A stretch of DNA of 64,000 bases from Oligoflexales bacterium (GCA_012840965.1 DUVQ01000009.1:10694-74693), one strand, 5' to 3'. Shown: positions 40,006 to 50,424, numbered from the stretch's first letter. Translations and numbers: made by a program. The notes: generated by a model from the sequence alone, not told the origin.

Positions 40006-41690
40006 CTTTTTTTCCCCTTGGGAACAACTGGCGGTTTCAAAATCTGAGGTCGCTCAGGGTTTTGGCTTCCTCGCTGAGTCTCCATCTCAGCAAACAGCAT
40101 CGCTGGAGCCACGGCCGATACTGGGACCAAACCTGATTCTGCCCCACAATAACCGTTAAATACACCATATTTGTCACCAGTGGCCAATATTCTGTTAATT
40201 GAAGATAAAGGAGTCCCTACCACTTCAAAGCCGCGCACCAAAGTAGCTTCCCCAGTCTCAGCGTCCACACGCCAAGCAACCCTAGGCATCCCCTTGTAAG
40301 CCTGAAAGCCATAAGAGCTGGTATTGGTGGCCCCACCAGCTATGGTATCGATGATGATACCGTAAGGCTTGCCCTGCCGCCTGACTTCATCGAGAAGCAT
40401 CTGTTTCAACTCACCATCAGTAACTGAATTGGAGGCTTTTACCACCAAAGTAGCCATCCGACCAACTGGCCTCTGATAACCATCAGAACGGCCATGACCA
40501 TTGGACTTGTCCACCCCTTCAACTGGTCGACGCCCCATCAAAAACCCCTTCAACCTACCCTTTTCGACCAAATCCACGCGGCTACCAAGAACCCCCTCAT
40601 CATCGACCTTGTAGTAGCCATTAAGCGATTCACCTTCCCAGTCTAACATGCCGGGATCATCATAGATATCAATAAATTCAGGCAGTATTCTTTGCCCCAA
40701 CTGCCCCTTAAAGGTGTGTCCCTCTTCGTCGCTGTTTTGCCTAAATCCCTCCAACCTATGCCCAACAGTTTCATGGAAAAAAACACCCGTTGCCTGAGGA
40801 GACATCAAAACTGGCACAGTTTGCGGCTCTAGCACCTCGGCTAAACGAAGCGCAAGGACCCTTTGGGCAAGCTCTCTTGCGTCCTTTTCAGCCTTGGCTG
40901 CACTTGGAAGGTCTTTTTCAAAACGACCGTAGTATGACACTGAATCCTGAACCAAAAGCCCATCATCAGCCCTAGCGACAGCTGTAATGAACATCTGGTA
41001 GTAGTTGTCCACGGTCCTGACCCGACTTCCCTCGCTGTTTACCATGTACCTGGTCAGAGAAACAGCAGCAACCTCAACCGACGAGTCAAAGATTTCATCG
41101 TAATCCAAGAAAACTGTTGAAACCTTACGAACTATTGATTCCCAAGGCTTACGATCAAACTTCCACTCTTTTTCCGGTTCAATGTGCTTGTAAGGCGCTT
41201 CCTTACTAAGACTTGCGACCTTTCGCTCCTTTGGGTCATTGACCGCTTTTGCCTTGACAGTAAGAAACGACATCAACGCCGATTTGTAACGATAATCCAT
41301 CAATAGCCACAACACCCGCCGCAAGCCTTCCTCTGATTCATCAATGGGAACCAAGTTGTTAGGCTCATACTTTTGATTCAGATTGAAAAATTCTTCAGGG
41401 TCCTCCGACGAATCCATTGAGTAATCACCCACTCGGACATCAACAGAGGCGAACCTGCTCTTCACGTCGGCACTTTGAAACACAGCTCCAGCCTTACCAG
41501 AAACGTAGGATCTGTTTAGGTTACGAACTGTTACCGACATAAAGTATGGCAGATCATAACCGTCGAGCTGCAGTTGAGCGCTATTACGCTCAAGCTCTGC
41601 TGTCATTGCAGGCAAAATCCAGTCATTCTCGCCAGCGGTTACAGGTACTGAAATCAACAAGATAGCAAAAGCCACAACGTACTTGTTCAC
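40002..41690 (-). CDS. tldD: TldD/PmbA family metalloprotease with signal peptide
   Basis: FHETVGHRLEG, DDEG, SNGHGR, GYCGAESG. Confidence 0.88.
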   Translation of the reverse strand: MNKYVVAFAILLISVPVTAGENDWILPAMTAELERNSAQLQLDGYDLPYFMSVTVRNLNRSYVSGKAGAVFQSADVKSRFASVDVRVGDYSMDSSEDPEEFFNLNQKYEPNNLVPIDESEEGLRRVLWLLMDYRYKSALMSFLTVKAKAVNDPKERKVASLSKEAPYKHIEPEKEWKFDRKPWESIVRKVSTVFLDYDEIFDSSVEVAAVSLTRYMVNSEGSRVRTVDNYYQMFITAVARADDGLLVQDSVSYYGRFEKDLPSAAKAEKDARELAQRVLALRLAEVLEPQTVPVLMSPQATGVFFHETVGHRLEGFRQNSDEEGHTFKGQLGQRILPEFIDIYDDPGMLDWEGESLNGYYKVDDEGVLGSRVDLVEKGRLKGFLMGRRPVEGVDKSNGHGRSDGYQRPVGRMATLVVKASNSVTDGELKQMLLDEVRRQGKPYGIIIDTIAGGATNTSSYGFQAYKGMPRVAWRVDAETGEATLVRGFEVVGTPLSSINRILATGDKYGVFNGYCGAESGLVPVSAVAPAMLFAEMETQRGSQNPERPQILKPPVVPKGKKR

Positions 41691-41787
41691 CAGTTAACAC
41701 CTCTAAATATCAAATGAATCCAGCTTCAACAATTCATACCAGTTATTGGGTAACCTGATAAAAACCTGAGTTGGTGACCATTTAACA

Positions 41788-41837
41788 GGACTCTAAATGG
41801 ACTCCAAATGGACTCCAGACCAAAACGGACTCCAAAT
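41788..41837. repeat. Four 11-bp direct repeats in a divergent intergenic region
   Basis: ggactctaaat ggactccaaat ggactccagac caaaac ggactccaaat. Confidence 0.8.
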
Positions 41838-42019
41838 CAGGAGAAAGGTTTATATTACGCCCCAAAGCCAGCCGTAGCAACCATTTGGGCCCAAAATCAC
41901 TGAGTTAGCCTAGGCCTTGCTGTCTTCGGGGAAATGATTACTTATGGATCCAGGCAAAGCCCCTGGGAACATGGTGGACGTAACATCCCAGAAACGCTGA
42001 TTATTGGTTTGGAGAGAAC

Positions 42020-42307
42020 ATGAAAACGAATCGCATGCCAAAATGGCTGGCCTTCTTTTGGCGGCCAAAAGTTCGAATCGTGCTATCAATTTTAATTGGT
42101 GGTGGACTAGGTTTTCTTTACTGGTACAAGATTGGATGCGCCTCTGGTGGGTGCCCTATAACCTCGGACCCTTGGCTGACAACAGTCTTTGGAGCGCTGA
42201 TGGGTGCTTCTATTGGATGGCCATCTCCTGACCAAAACAAATCATCGGCTCCAGAGACTGATGAAACTGAAAGCTCTGGTAGTTCAGCCAAGTCTGATGT
42301 AGGCTGA
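42020..42307 (+). CDS. Small membrane protein, DUF6132-like
   Basis: GGGLGFLYWYKIGCASGGCPITSDPW...FGALMG. Confidence 0.8.
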   Translation: MKTNRMPKWLAFFWRPKVRIVLSILIGGGLGFLYWYKIGCASGGCPITSDPWLTTVFGALMGASIGWPSPDQNKSSAPETDETESSGSSAKSDVG

Positions 42308-42336
42308 TACTGCCTTTTAGATAAAAGGAGATACAC

Positions 42337-43092
42337 ATGGGTTTTTTTTCAAGGCTGTTTGGCTCTAAAAAAGGTGAAGCGCAGTTAGCTGAAAAGCCAA
42401 CTCAGTCGCCACAGATATTGCGCTTGCAAAAAAGGGCGACAAAAAACTTTGGACAGCCTCAAGATCGACAGATGGCGTTGGCCTCACTTGCCGAAATTGG
42501 CACCGAGGAAGCCATAGACGCCCTGCTTTTGCGCTATACCTTCAGGATTGAGCAGACCATTGGTGACGAGGAAGAAAAGCGTACAGTCTACGGATATCTG
42601 ATCGATCTGGGGTCAGTTGCCGTAGACCCTATCCTGCGCTTTTTGGAAAAGCATAATGCACCGTTTTGGCCGACCAAGGCTTTGACCGAGATTGTTGGTG
42701 AAGAGCGAACTGTTGGCTATCTGATTGACATAGTGCAAGACATGGAAGCCATTTTTGATAAGGATATCGAGCAAAAGGTTGAGCTTATTAGCAACCTTCG
42801 AGAATTCAAGGATCCAAGGGTAAAAGACCTGCTTTTAGGGTATCTTGATGACGACAACGAGGAATTCAGAGTCCATGCGGTCGAAGGGTTGGCAGACTTT
42901 GGTGACGAAGAAATGGGAGACACCTTGGTTGAACGTCTGTTGTCCGAGGATGAAACTCAGCGAGTCAAGACTACTGTGCTCGAACTGCTAATTGACCGCA
43001 AATGGAAAATCAAGCGCCACAAAGAAGCCATTCGCAAGGTAATCCCTGATGCCTACTGGATCGACGATGTGGGCGTCATTCACCGGCGGTGA
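42337..43092 (+). CDS. HEAT-repeat protein
   Basis: AAGGAG RBS; LLGYLDDDNEEFRVHAVEGLA-type repeats; MGFFSRLFG N-terminus. Confidence 0.78.
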   Translation: MGFFSRLFGSKKGEAQLAEKPTQSPQILRLQKRATKNFGQPQDRQMALASLAEIGTEEAIDALLLRYTFRIEQTIGDEEEKRTVYGYLIDLGSVAVDPILRFLEKHNAPFWPTKALTEIVGEERTVGYLIDIVQDMEAIFDKDIEQKVELISNLREFKDPRVKDLLLGYLDDDNEEFRVHAVEGLADFGDEEMGDTLVERLLSEDETQRVKTTVLELLIDRKWKIKRHKEAIRKVIPDAYWIDDVGVIHRR

Positions 43093-43224
43093 CAGGAACA
43101 GGGGCAGGATCAGGGACAGGAGAACCTCTTTAACGTTAACTTCAGCTAGACAGTGAATTTGGGTTGCCAATTTCCCCATTAAGTGAAATTATCCGCCCGG
43201 GGGATTGGCCCCATATGATTTTAG

Positions 43225-44613
43225 ATGGCCATGACTTTGGACCAGCAGGTAGTAGACCAAGTTCAAGAGCTCTTGGATTTGGACAACGAACAATTACTTG
43301 GGGAATACTTAAATCAGCTTAACATCTCGGACATCCGTGAGCTGATTGACGAATTTCCAAAGCACGGGCACCTGTTTATTGAAAATCTTTCGATCACCCG
43401 AGCCGTTTTTGCCTTTAGTATCCTGGACTTTTCCGATCAGGAACGAGTTTTTAGAAAGCTTTCCGGGCCTAGGGTTTTTGCCCTGATCAATGAGCTTCCG
43501 CCAGACGACAGAACGGCTTTTTTCGAAGAATTACACGGCGATACTGTTAAAAAGCTGATCACCCTACTTCCTGCAGACGAACGAAAGCAGGCCTTGACCT
43601 TGCTTGGTTACAAGGAAGACAGTGTTGGCCGTTTGATGACCCCCGACTATGTGGCGGTTCGAAAAGACTGGCCAGTTTCCAAGGTTTTGGACCACATCAG
43701 AAAGTACGGGGTCAACTCGGAAACCATTGATGTCATCTACGTCATCGATGATGACGGCGTCCTTTTGGACGACTTGATGATCCGCAAGGTCTTGTTGGCT
43801 CAGCCTGATACGCTGATTGAAGACCTCATAGATAGCCGTTTGATTTTCTTGAAGGCAAACATGCCCCAAGAAGAGGCCATTGAAATTTTTAGGCTCAATA
43901 ACCGGGTTGCCTTACCAGTTGTAGACGACGTCGGCGTGCTTTTGGGTATTGTAACCATCGACGACATGTTGTGGGTCGCCCAAGAAGAGTACGCTGAAGA
44001 CATGCAGAAAATCGGTGGTACCGAAGCCCTGGATGAGCCTTACCTTGACACGCCTGTCATAGATCTTTTCAAAAAACGTGTAGTTTGGCTGGTTGTCCTG
44101 TTTTTAGGTGAGCTTTTAACTGCATCCGCAATGGGATTCTTTGAAGATCAAATCGCAAAAGCGACAGTTTTGGCGTTGTTTGTTCCTTTGATTATTTCCA
44201 GTGGCGGAAACACTGGTGGCCAGGCATCAACCCTCATTATCCAAGCCATGGCGCTTGGCGAGGTCACCCTAAAAGATTGGTGGAAGATTTTTAGACGGGA
44301 AATAGTGCAGGGAAGCCTATTGGGCCTGGTACTAGGCGTGATTGGCTTTTTACGCATTGTCGTATGGCACATGATTTTTCCCGATCTGTATGGTCCCCAC
44401 TGGTTTTTAATCGGGTTGGTAGTTGGCCTGTCACTAGTTGGTGTGGTTTTATTGGGTTCTTTGACTGGCTCAATGCTGCCTTTGATTATGAAACGCCTTG
44501 GTGCCGACCCTGCCTCTTCATCGGCACCATTTGTTGCTACTTTGGTCGACGTTACTGGGGTGATACTCTACTTTACAATGGCTATTTTGTTCCTACAGGG
44601 GACTCTGCTGTAG
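43225..44613 (+). CDS. mgtE: Magnesium transporter MgtE
   Basis: SVGRLMTPDY, CBS pair (LPVVD, GIVTIDD), SSGGNTGGQ, DPASSSAPFVATLVDVTG. Confidence 0.97.
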   Translation: MAMTLDQQVVDQVQELLDLDNEQLLGEYLNQLNISDIRELIDEFPKHGHLFIENLSITRAVFAFSILDFSDQERVFRKLSGPRVFALINELPPDDRTAFFEELHGDTVKKLITLLPADERKQALTLLGYKEDSVGRLMTPDYVAVRKDWPVSKVLDHIRKYGVNSETIDVIYVIDDDGVLLDDLMIRKVLLAQPDTLIEDLIDSRLIFLKANMPQEEAIEIFRLNNRVALPVVDDVGVLLGIVTIDDMLWVAQEEYAEDMQKIGGTEALDEPYLDTPVIDLFKKRVVWLVVLFLGELLTASAMGFFEDQIAKATVLALFVPLIISSGGNTGGQASTLIIQAMALGEVTLKDWWKIFRREIVQGSLLGLVLGVIGFLRIVVWHMIFPDLYGPHWFLIGLVVGLSLVGVVLLGSLTGSMLPLIMKRLGADPASSSAPFVATLVDVTGVILYFTMAILFLQGTLL

Positions 44614-46045
44614 GGTTTTGTAGCGCCAGAGCTTCCCAAACCGCCAACACAGACTTGTCGATGGCATGGCGAGCAGTTGCGAAGTTCATCTTTGCTGGGC
44701 TACCCTTAGAAGGCTTGTAGTTAATTAAAACCGCAAAGTCCAGCATCCGTCCATCGGGTAAGGAAGCCGAACCAGCCAAGCTAACAACATCATCAAGGGT
44801 GCCTGTTTTTGCCCTCAAATTGCCTTCCAGTGGGGTCTTCTTAAATCGCTTCTTCATAGTGCCCTGTTTACCAGCCACTGGTAAAAGGCCATCAAGTTGA
44901 TCACAGCAGGTACTGGCCCTGGAGTAGAACAACAGCTGAACTATCGAGCGAGCAGATGCTAAATTTGCATCATAAAGACCCGAACCATTGGTGAACTTGA
45001 AAGAATTCCTGGAAATACCAACTTTTTCTACCAACCAAGTCCCAAGCGCCCTTGCACCCTCAGTGAACCCGACCGGCTTTTTGCGACCACTGGCACCCAC
45101 AAGCCTCAGCATTGTTTCGGCAATCGGATTGATGCTGTCATGCATGACTGGGATCAACAGCTCCTTGACTGTAGCAGAAGAGCGCTCACAGATGACCTCT
45201 GCATTCTTTGGTGAAGTCCCCACTTTGGCCTGTCCCTTTACCTTGACGCCAGCCTTTCGCAAAGCGGCCTTAAAAACGCCTCCAGCAAAGGTTGCGGGGT
45301 TCGGGACTCGCTTTAAAACGGCCAAAGAGCCTTTTCCAGGGGACCTACCAGACACCGTCACTTCCAAAAATCCATCTTCAGCCAGCTCTACCTTGATTGT
45401 GGGTTGTGGTCGCTTGCCAACAGGCGCGGTCACAGCCGTGTTAACAATCCGTAAGTTATCGGATTCAGGGGTAACTTTAACTTTAGACGGATTTCCAGCA
45501 CCTCCAGGGGCGACTGAAACCACTATCGCGTTTCGATTTACTTGAAACCCAGCCACCCCAGCTCTGTAGGCAGAATCTGTACTTTTACGATCAAAAGCAG
45601 GAGGCACATCAGCGCTATTAAAAGGGTCCAACACGATTTTCAATGCGTTGGCCCTTTTGTAACCAGCATCAAAAACACACTTGGCAAGCTTTTCCAGGTC
45701 CTCTTGCTTTAATAAAGGGTCACCACTGGTTGAGATAATGATTTCCCTGGCGTTTGGAGCTTTGCCAACCACACTAACCTTCGTGGGTAAGGTGTAGTCA
45801 GCACCCAAAGTAGCCAGCGCTACAGCCGCAGTGAAGATTTTAGTGACCGAAGCAGGATTTAACAGCTTGTTTTCATTTAATTTAGCAACCGCCACCCCAT
45901 CGAGGGCAAAATAGGCGGAAACTGTAAGCTCATCTGATTGCAAGTCGACCAAGGGTGCCAACAAATCGGCACCATGACTACTTGCCCCGGTAAACAACAG
46001 GACTACCCAAAAAGGCAGCAACCATGAAGCAATTCTTACAGCCAT
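44582..46045 (-). CDS. dacB: D-Ala-D-Ala carboxypeptidase/endopeptidase (PBP4, peptidase S13)
   Basis: PASVTK (SxxK), GDP, SIN (SxN), NGSGL, AKTGTL; 3' end overlaps mgtE convergently by 32 bp. Confidence 0.93.
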   Translation of the reverse strand: MAVRIASWLLPFWVVLLFTGASSHGADLLAPLVDLQSDELTVSAYFALDGVAVAKLNENKLLNPASVTKIFTAAVALATLGADYTLPTKVSVVGKAPNAREIIISTSGDPLLKQEDLEKLAKCVFDAGYKRANALKIVLDPFNSADVPPAFDRKSTDSAYRAGVAGFQVNRNAIVVSVAPGGAGNPSKVKVTPESDNLRIVNTAVTAPVGKRPQPTIKVELAEDGFLEVTVSGRSPGKGSLAVLKRVPNPATFAGGVFKAALRKAGVKVKGQAKVGTSPKNAEVICERSSATVKELLIPVMHDSINPIAETMLRLVGASGRKKPVGFTEGARALGTWLVEKVGISRNSFKFTNGSGLYDANLASARSIVQLLFYSRASTCCDQLDGLLPVAGKQGTMKKRFKKTPLEGNLRAKTGTLDDVVSLAGSASLPDGRMLDFAVLINYKPSKGSPAKMNFATARHAIDKSVLAVWEALALQNPTAESPVGTK

Positions 46046-46080
46046 TACTTAGACCTTTAAATCTGACCTACCAGATGATT

Positions 46081-47130
46081 TTAGATATCGTCACTGTAGT
46101 CTGCGCATCTAAAGCCATAGACAGGATTGCTGGCTTCAAGGTGAACGTGAAAAAACCTATCAGTCGCCCTTGCACGACAGGTTTGCTGTTTGGTGACTTG
46201 GCAGTTACCACCCTTTAGCAGGCGTTCATTTCCGCGTTCAGGAACCAATTCCCGAGCATCAACCACTTCAGAATAGGCTATACAAACTGGCAGCCCCTTT
46301 GGAGAATACTCTGATGCGCAAACGCCAAAGCAGTTGTCATTTTCCTCACACTCACTGCATGTTGTATAGCAAGTCTCCTTGCAGTTGGGGGTTGCACACT
46401 TAAGACAGACACACTCATCCGGCAAACTTTCTTTACAGGTCATGTCAGCTTTGAAATAGCCTTCTACCCACTCAGAAACATTGCCAGTCATATCGTAGAT
46501 GTGCTCACCGTTTTCAACGATCAAATCATCAATGCTGGACATAACCTTAGCAGGCGACGAAATTCCGGTGCAGAACATCAAGCTCACCCTGTAAGCTTCC
46601 CTGTCGCATTTATTAATATCAATGTTTGGGTCAGAAATTGGCCAAGGTCGCTTTCTTTCAGCAGTTGTGGCCTGACCAACAGCAGCTCTTTCCCATTCAA
46701 CCTCCGTTGGTAGGCGTCTACCGTGGAAATTACAGTACTCACGGGCCATATCCAAGGTTACGTTCACGACTGGGAAATCATCATAAAGCGGGTTACCGTA
46801 GTAGTCTTCGATACCGAGCGTATTAAAGTACTTGGGTTCCCTACAGCCTCCCAACTCGACGCAGTGCCGATACTGAAGGTTTGTAACTTCATGCTGCTCA
46901 ATCAGGAAGGGCGCCACATCAACCTTGACGGCTGGATAAGTGCTTGGCATTCCAAAGGCATCTTTACAGCTTTTAGGGGTCTCATTGGCATTGTAGCAAG
47001 GAGCCTCATCGCCAAACAAAAACAACCCCCCTTTGATCTTCACCATTTTGGTCGGCTCTGGAGGTGTAACCCCTGTAACGCAAGAGACCGCCAACAAAAC
47101 GGTAACAATGCTTATCCAAAGGCGATTCAT
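46081..47130 (-). CDS. SUMF1/FGE-sulfatase domain lipoprotein with a Cys-rich insert
   Basis: LAVSC; HEVTN; PVVNV; RLPTEVEWERAA; DMTGNVSEW; YGFRCA. Confidence 0.88.
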   Translation of the reverse strand: MNRLWISIVTVLLAVSCVTGVTPPEPTKMVKIKGGLFLFGDEAPCYNANETPKSCKDAFGMPSTYPAVKVDVAPFLIEQHEVTNLQYRHCVELGGCREPKYFNTLGIEDYYGNPLYDDFPVVNVTLDMAREYCNFHGRRLPTEVEWERAAVGQATTAERKRPWPISDPNIDINKCDREAYRVSLMFCTGISSPAKVMSSIDDLIVENGEHIYDMTGNVSEWVEGYFKADMTCKESLPDECVCLKCATPNCKETCYTTCSECEENDNCFGVCASEYSPKGLPVCIAYSEVVDARELVPERGNERLLKGGNCQVTKQQTCRARATDRFFHVHLEASNPVYGFRCADYSDDI

Positions 47131-47146
47131 CGCAAACTCCTAAACG

Positions 47147-48388
47147 CTAGAAGGTTCCAGTAGCCCCAATCCATGCAGTCTCACCATCGTATCCACCAAC
47201 AAGGACTGGGCGGCGATTAGAATCGGAAACCCTATCTTCAGGGCGCACTGCCGAACGGGCCCCCTCCCAAATCAGAAGACTGGTACCCAAAACTGCCAAA
47301 CCAGCACCAACTCCATAACCAACATATGCCCACGTACGGTAAGTTTTGAAGTCATCGGAATCAGTGAATTTTTTGGCGGCCTCAGAGCGCATCCAGATGC
47401 CAGCGCCTGCAGCCCCACCACCTAGAATTAGGGACGTAATCCCAAGCCCACCACGCCATGAAAATGGTTTCTTACGCAAGTATAAATTGGCGTCTACCGC
47501 ATACTCACCTTCAGGTGTAACTTCAATAGTTTGCTGGAATTGAGTGTATTTCTCTTTTTCGATGATAATTTGGTGAGTTCCAGCCTCAACCACCAGCGGC
47601 TCGTAAAATGGGGTGACTGCTACAACCTTACCATCAACGTAAATTCTGGCGTTTCGAATATTGGACTTGACGTGCAAAATACCCTCTTTGCGAATCCTTT
47701 CCATTGAAAAAGTCATACTCAAGGGAGCTCGTGAACGCACTGTAAAGCCCTGGGATAAAGTATGGAATCCAGCTTTTTCCAGCCGGACAGTGTGGTTTCC
47801 CTCAGCCAAGTGAATGGAGACTGGCGTCTGACCAACCATCTGATCCGAGTCGTCTATGAAAACGTTGGCGCCCTCTGGATCTGACGATATATTGATCTCT
47901 GGCAGAGATATGTACGCCTTTTCCTTCATCAGGGCAATTGTGCTTTCAACGTCTTTGACGTCGCCTGGAGCCTCTCCCACCATCTTTTCATGCAACTCAA
48001 GATAGCCGCGAAAAGCATCTGCCGCCTTTTGATATTCCGCCGCTTTTTCATAAGCTTTTGCGAGGTTATAAAGAATCGAATAGTGTGGGAATAGCTTGTG
48101 AGCCTCTTCAAATGCCTTCACCGCCTCTACGTATTGACTGTTACCATAAAACTCAAGCCCTTCATTGGCCAAGCGGCTGGCCTTAGCCTTTGGGTCATCT
48201 GACCTGGATGAATCTTCTGAGTCAGCCTGTTGCGTGTCGGTTTGTGCAGACTCTGCGGCAGATTGTGAAGAGCCGCTTTCTTCGGGATTAGCCTGAAGGG
48301 ACGAATCGGTGGACGCTCGTGCCAGATGGCTCCATCCCATAAAAGCCAACGTTACAAGCAGGCAACAGGTTTTAGTTACCATATTCAT
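47147..48388 (-). CDS. TPR plus PEGA domain protein
   Basis: ILYNLAKAYE TPR; SSDPEGANVFID...GQTP...GNHTVRLEKAG PEGA and a second PEGA; Gly-rich hydrophobic C-terminus. Confidence 0.87.
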   Translation of the reverse strand: MNMVTKTCCLLVTLAFMGWSHLARASTDSSLQANPEESGSSQSAAESAQTDTQQADSEDSSRSDDPKAKASRLANEGLEFYGNSQYVEAVKAFEEAHKLFPHYSILYNLAKAYEKAAEYQKAADAFRGYLELHEKMVGEAPGDVKDVESTIALMKEKAYISLPEINISSDPEGANVFIDDSDQMVGQTPVSIHLAEGNHTVRLEKAGFHTLSQGFTVRSRAPLSMTFSMERIRKEGILHVKSNIRNARIYVDGKVVAVTPFYEPLVVEAGTHQIIIEKEKYTQFQQTIEVTPEGEYAVDANLYLRKKPFSWRGGLGITSLILGGGAAGAGIWMRSEAAKKFTDSDDFKTYRTWAYVGYGVGAGLAVLGTSLLIWEGARSAVRPEDRVSDSNRRPVLVGGYDGETAWIGATGTF

Positions 48389-48436
48389 AGCTACCACTCC
48401 GGCATTACGATTGTCACAGTTCCAAACCAGTCGTAA

Positions 48437-49198
48437 TTACTCTTCATCTTTCATCTGCACTCTTAGTTGGCGGCGAAGAAGCCCGATTAGCCATTCGGTT
48501 GGCCCAAGAAAAATGTACACAGCCCCAAACGCCAATAACGTATAGGAAGCTTTGATTTTTATCATGGCAATAATCAGGCTGGAAGCCAAAAGCATCAAAG
48601 CAATCCTGGTACCAAGCCCAGCGTTAATCTGTTTGAAATTGCGATATCTAACGTTGCTGACCATCAGCAAGCCCATTGCAATCATTGTCACCATAAATGG
48701 GATGATTCTTGAACGCTCTGAAACCCCAAGATCCGACATACCCCAAGCCAGAGTCGCGACGATACCTGCGGCAGCTGGAATGGGCAATCCAGTAAACCAT
48801 GGGGTAGGTTTGCTGCGCCTTTCAGTCATAACGTTGAAACGAGCCAGCCGCATCGCCCCACAGGCAACGTAGATAAAGGCAATCAAAAGACCGACCCAGC
48901 TAACCTCCATATGACTCAAGGCAAAGGAGTAGCCCAAAATACCAGGCGCCACCCCGAAACTAATCACATCGGCCAAGGAATCCAGCTGGACTCCAAATTT
49001 CGTCTCCGACCTAGTCATCCGGGCCACGCGACCATCCAAACCATCAGCAATCAAGGCAACCAAAATCGCTATGGCGGCTCGCCTAACACCTGTACTTCCA
49101 CCACCTTCCATTACTGAGGCTATCGCAAACAGTCCAAAGAAAACGCTGGCGAGAGTAAAAAGGTTTGGCAGAATATATTTGCTCTTTCGCAGATCCAT
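48437..49198 (-). CDS. pssA: CDP-diacylglycerol--serine O-phosphatidyltransferase
   Basis: LPNLFT, DGLDGRVAR...FGVQLDSLADVISFGVAP, RLARFN, FTGLPIP. Confidence 0.95.
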   Translation of the reverse strand: MDLRKSKYILPNLFTLASVFFGLFAIASVMEGGGSTGVRRAAIAILVALIADGLDGRVARMTRSETKFGVQLDSLADVISFGVAPGILGYSFALSHMEVSWVGLLIAFIYVACGAMRLARFNVMTERRSKPTPWFTGLPIPAAAGIVATLAWGMSDLGVSERSRIIPFMVTMIAMGLLMVSNVRYRNFKQINAGLGTRIALMLLASSLIIAMIKIKASYTLLAFGAVYIFLGPTEWLIGLLRRQLRVQMKDEE

Positions 49199-49377
49199 CG
49201 TTGAATTCTACAACCTGACGACGGTAAAATCAAAGGCGCACGCGCCTTGTCCAGGTAATAACCGAAATCTTCACCCTTTACAATCAATTTACAAGTTGTG
49301 TCATAATTTTTAATCCTTGCTGTTTTGCAGTAAGTGCTGATATTTTGATTCGCCCTTTCGATTTTGGGGAGGTTCGT

Positions 49378-50424
49378 GTGGCTCGTTGGTTAATTACTGG
49401 TGGTTCTGGTTTTTTGGGTATCAATCTGGCGCGACATCTTTTACAAACGGGACATGAAGTCGCGACCTTGGACAAGCTTGGCTTCGATTACAAAGATACT
49501 GTAGACAAAGTCACTCACTATCAGATTGACGTCAGAAATCGCGATGCTGTGGACAGGTGTATTGCCACAGGATTTGACGTAGTTGTCCATGGAGCGGCCG
49601 CTCTACCCCTTGAATCTAAAAAGGAAATTTTTAGCACAAACGTTGATGGCACCAGAAACGTCCTTGAATCCATCGAAAGACACAAAGTTCCTCGCTCGGT
49701 CTACATCTCATCGACTGCTGTTTATGGATTGCCAGATCATCACCCCCTGCTTGAAACTGACCCGATGATTGGGGTTGGTCCTTATGGCGAAACCAAGATC
49801 ATCGCCGAGGCTATGGTCAAAGACTTTCGCAAAAAAGGGTTGACCATAACAACTATCAGGCCTAAATCGTTTATTGGCCCTGAACGTCTTGGGGTTTTTG
49901 CAATCTTTTACGATTGGGCTGCCACTGGACATTCATTTCCCATGATTGGGCGTGGAAAAAATCTGTACCAGTTGTTAGACGTGGAGGATCTGTGCACAGC
50001 CATTGTGGCAGCCGCTGAACACCCCGATGCAGAGGCGGTAAACACCGAGTTCAATATTGGTGCGATCGAATTTCAGACGATGAGGGAAGACTATCAAGTG
50101 GTCCTGGATAGAGCTGGTTTCGGGAAGAAAATCCGCAGTTCTCCGGCCAGTCTGGTGGTGCTTGGCCTGGAAATTTTAGATATATTGGGACTTTCACCCT
50201 TGTATCCGTGGGTATACAAAACAGCCACTAAGGACAGTTTTGTTTCGGTAGAGAAGGCCGAAAAAGTTTTGGGATTCGTTCCAAAATATTCCAACAAGCA
50301 GGCTCTTATTAGGAACTTCGAGTGGTACTTGGCAAACAAGGAATCATTCGAAAGTGCTGGAGGAACCAGTCACAGAGTGCCTTGGAAGCAGGGAATCTTA
50401 GGCATAGTAAAGAAATTCTATTAG
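49378..50424 (+). CDS. NAD-dependent epimerase/dehydratase (extended SDR)
   Basis: ITGGSGFLG, HGAA, ISSTAVYG, YGETK; GGAGG before GTG 49378. Confidence 0.93.
   Translation: MARWLITGGSGFLGINLARHLLQTGHEVATLDKLGFDYKDTVDKVTHYQIDVRNRDAVDRCIATGFDVVVHGAAALPLESKKEIFSTNVDGTRNVLESIERHKVPRSVYISSTAVYGLPDHHPLLETDPMIGVGPYGETKIIAEAMVKDFRKKGLTITTIRPKSFIGPERLGVFAIFYDWAATGHSFPMIGRGKNLYQLLDVEDLCTAIVAAAEHPDAEAVNTEFNIGAIEFQTMREDYQVVLDRAGFGKKIRSSPASLVVLGLEILDILGLSPLYPWVYKTATKDSFVSVEKAEKVLGFVPKYSNKQALIRNFEWYLANKESFESAGGTSHRVPWKQGILGIVKKFY

Noticed and set aside
44582-44613. Convergent overlap of mgtE and dacB
   Set aside because: Short 3' overlaps are common and both proteins look complete.
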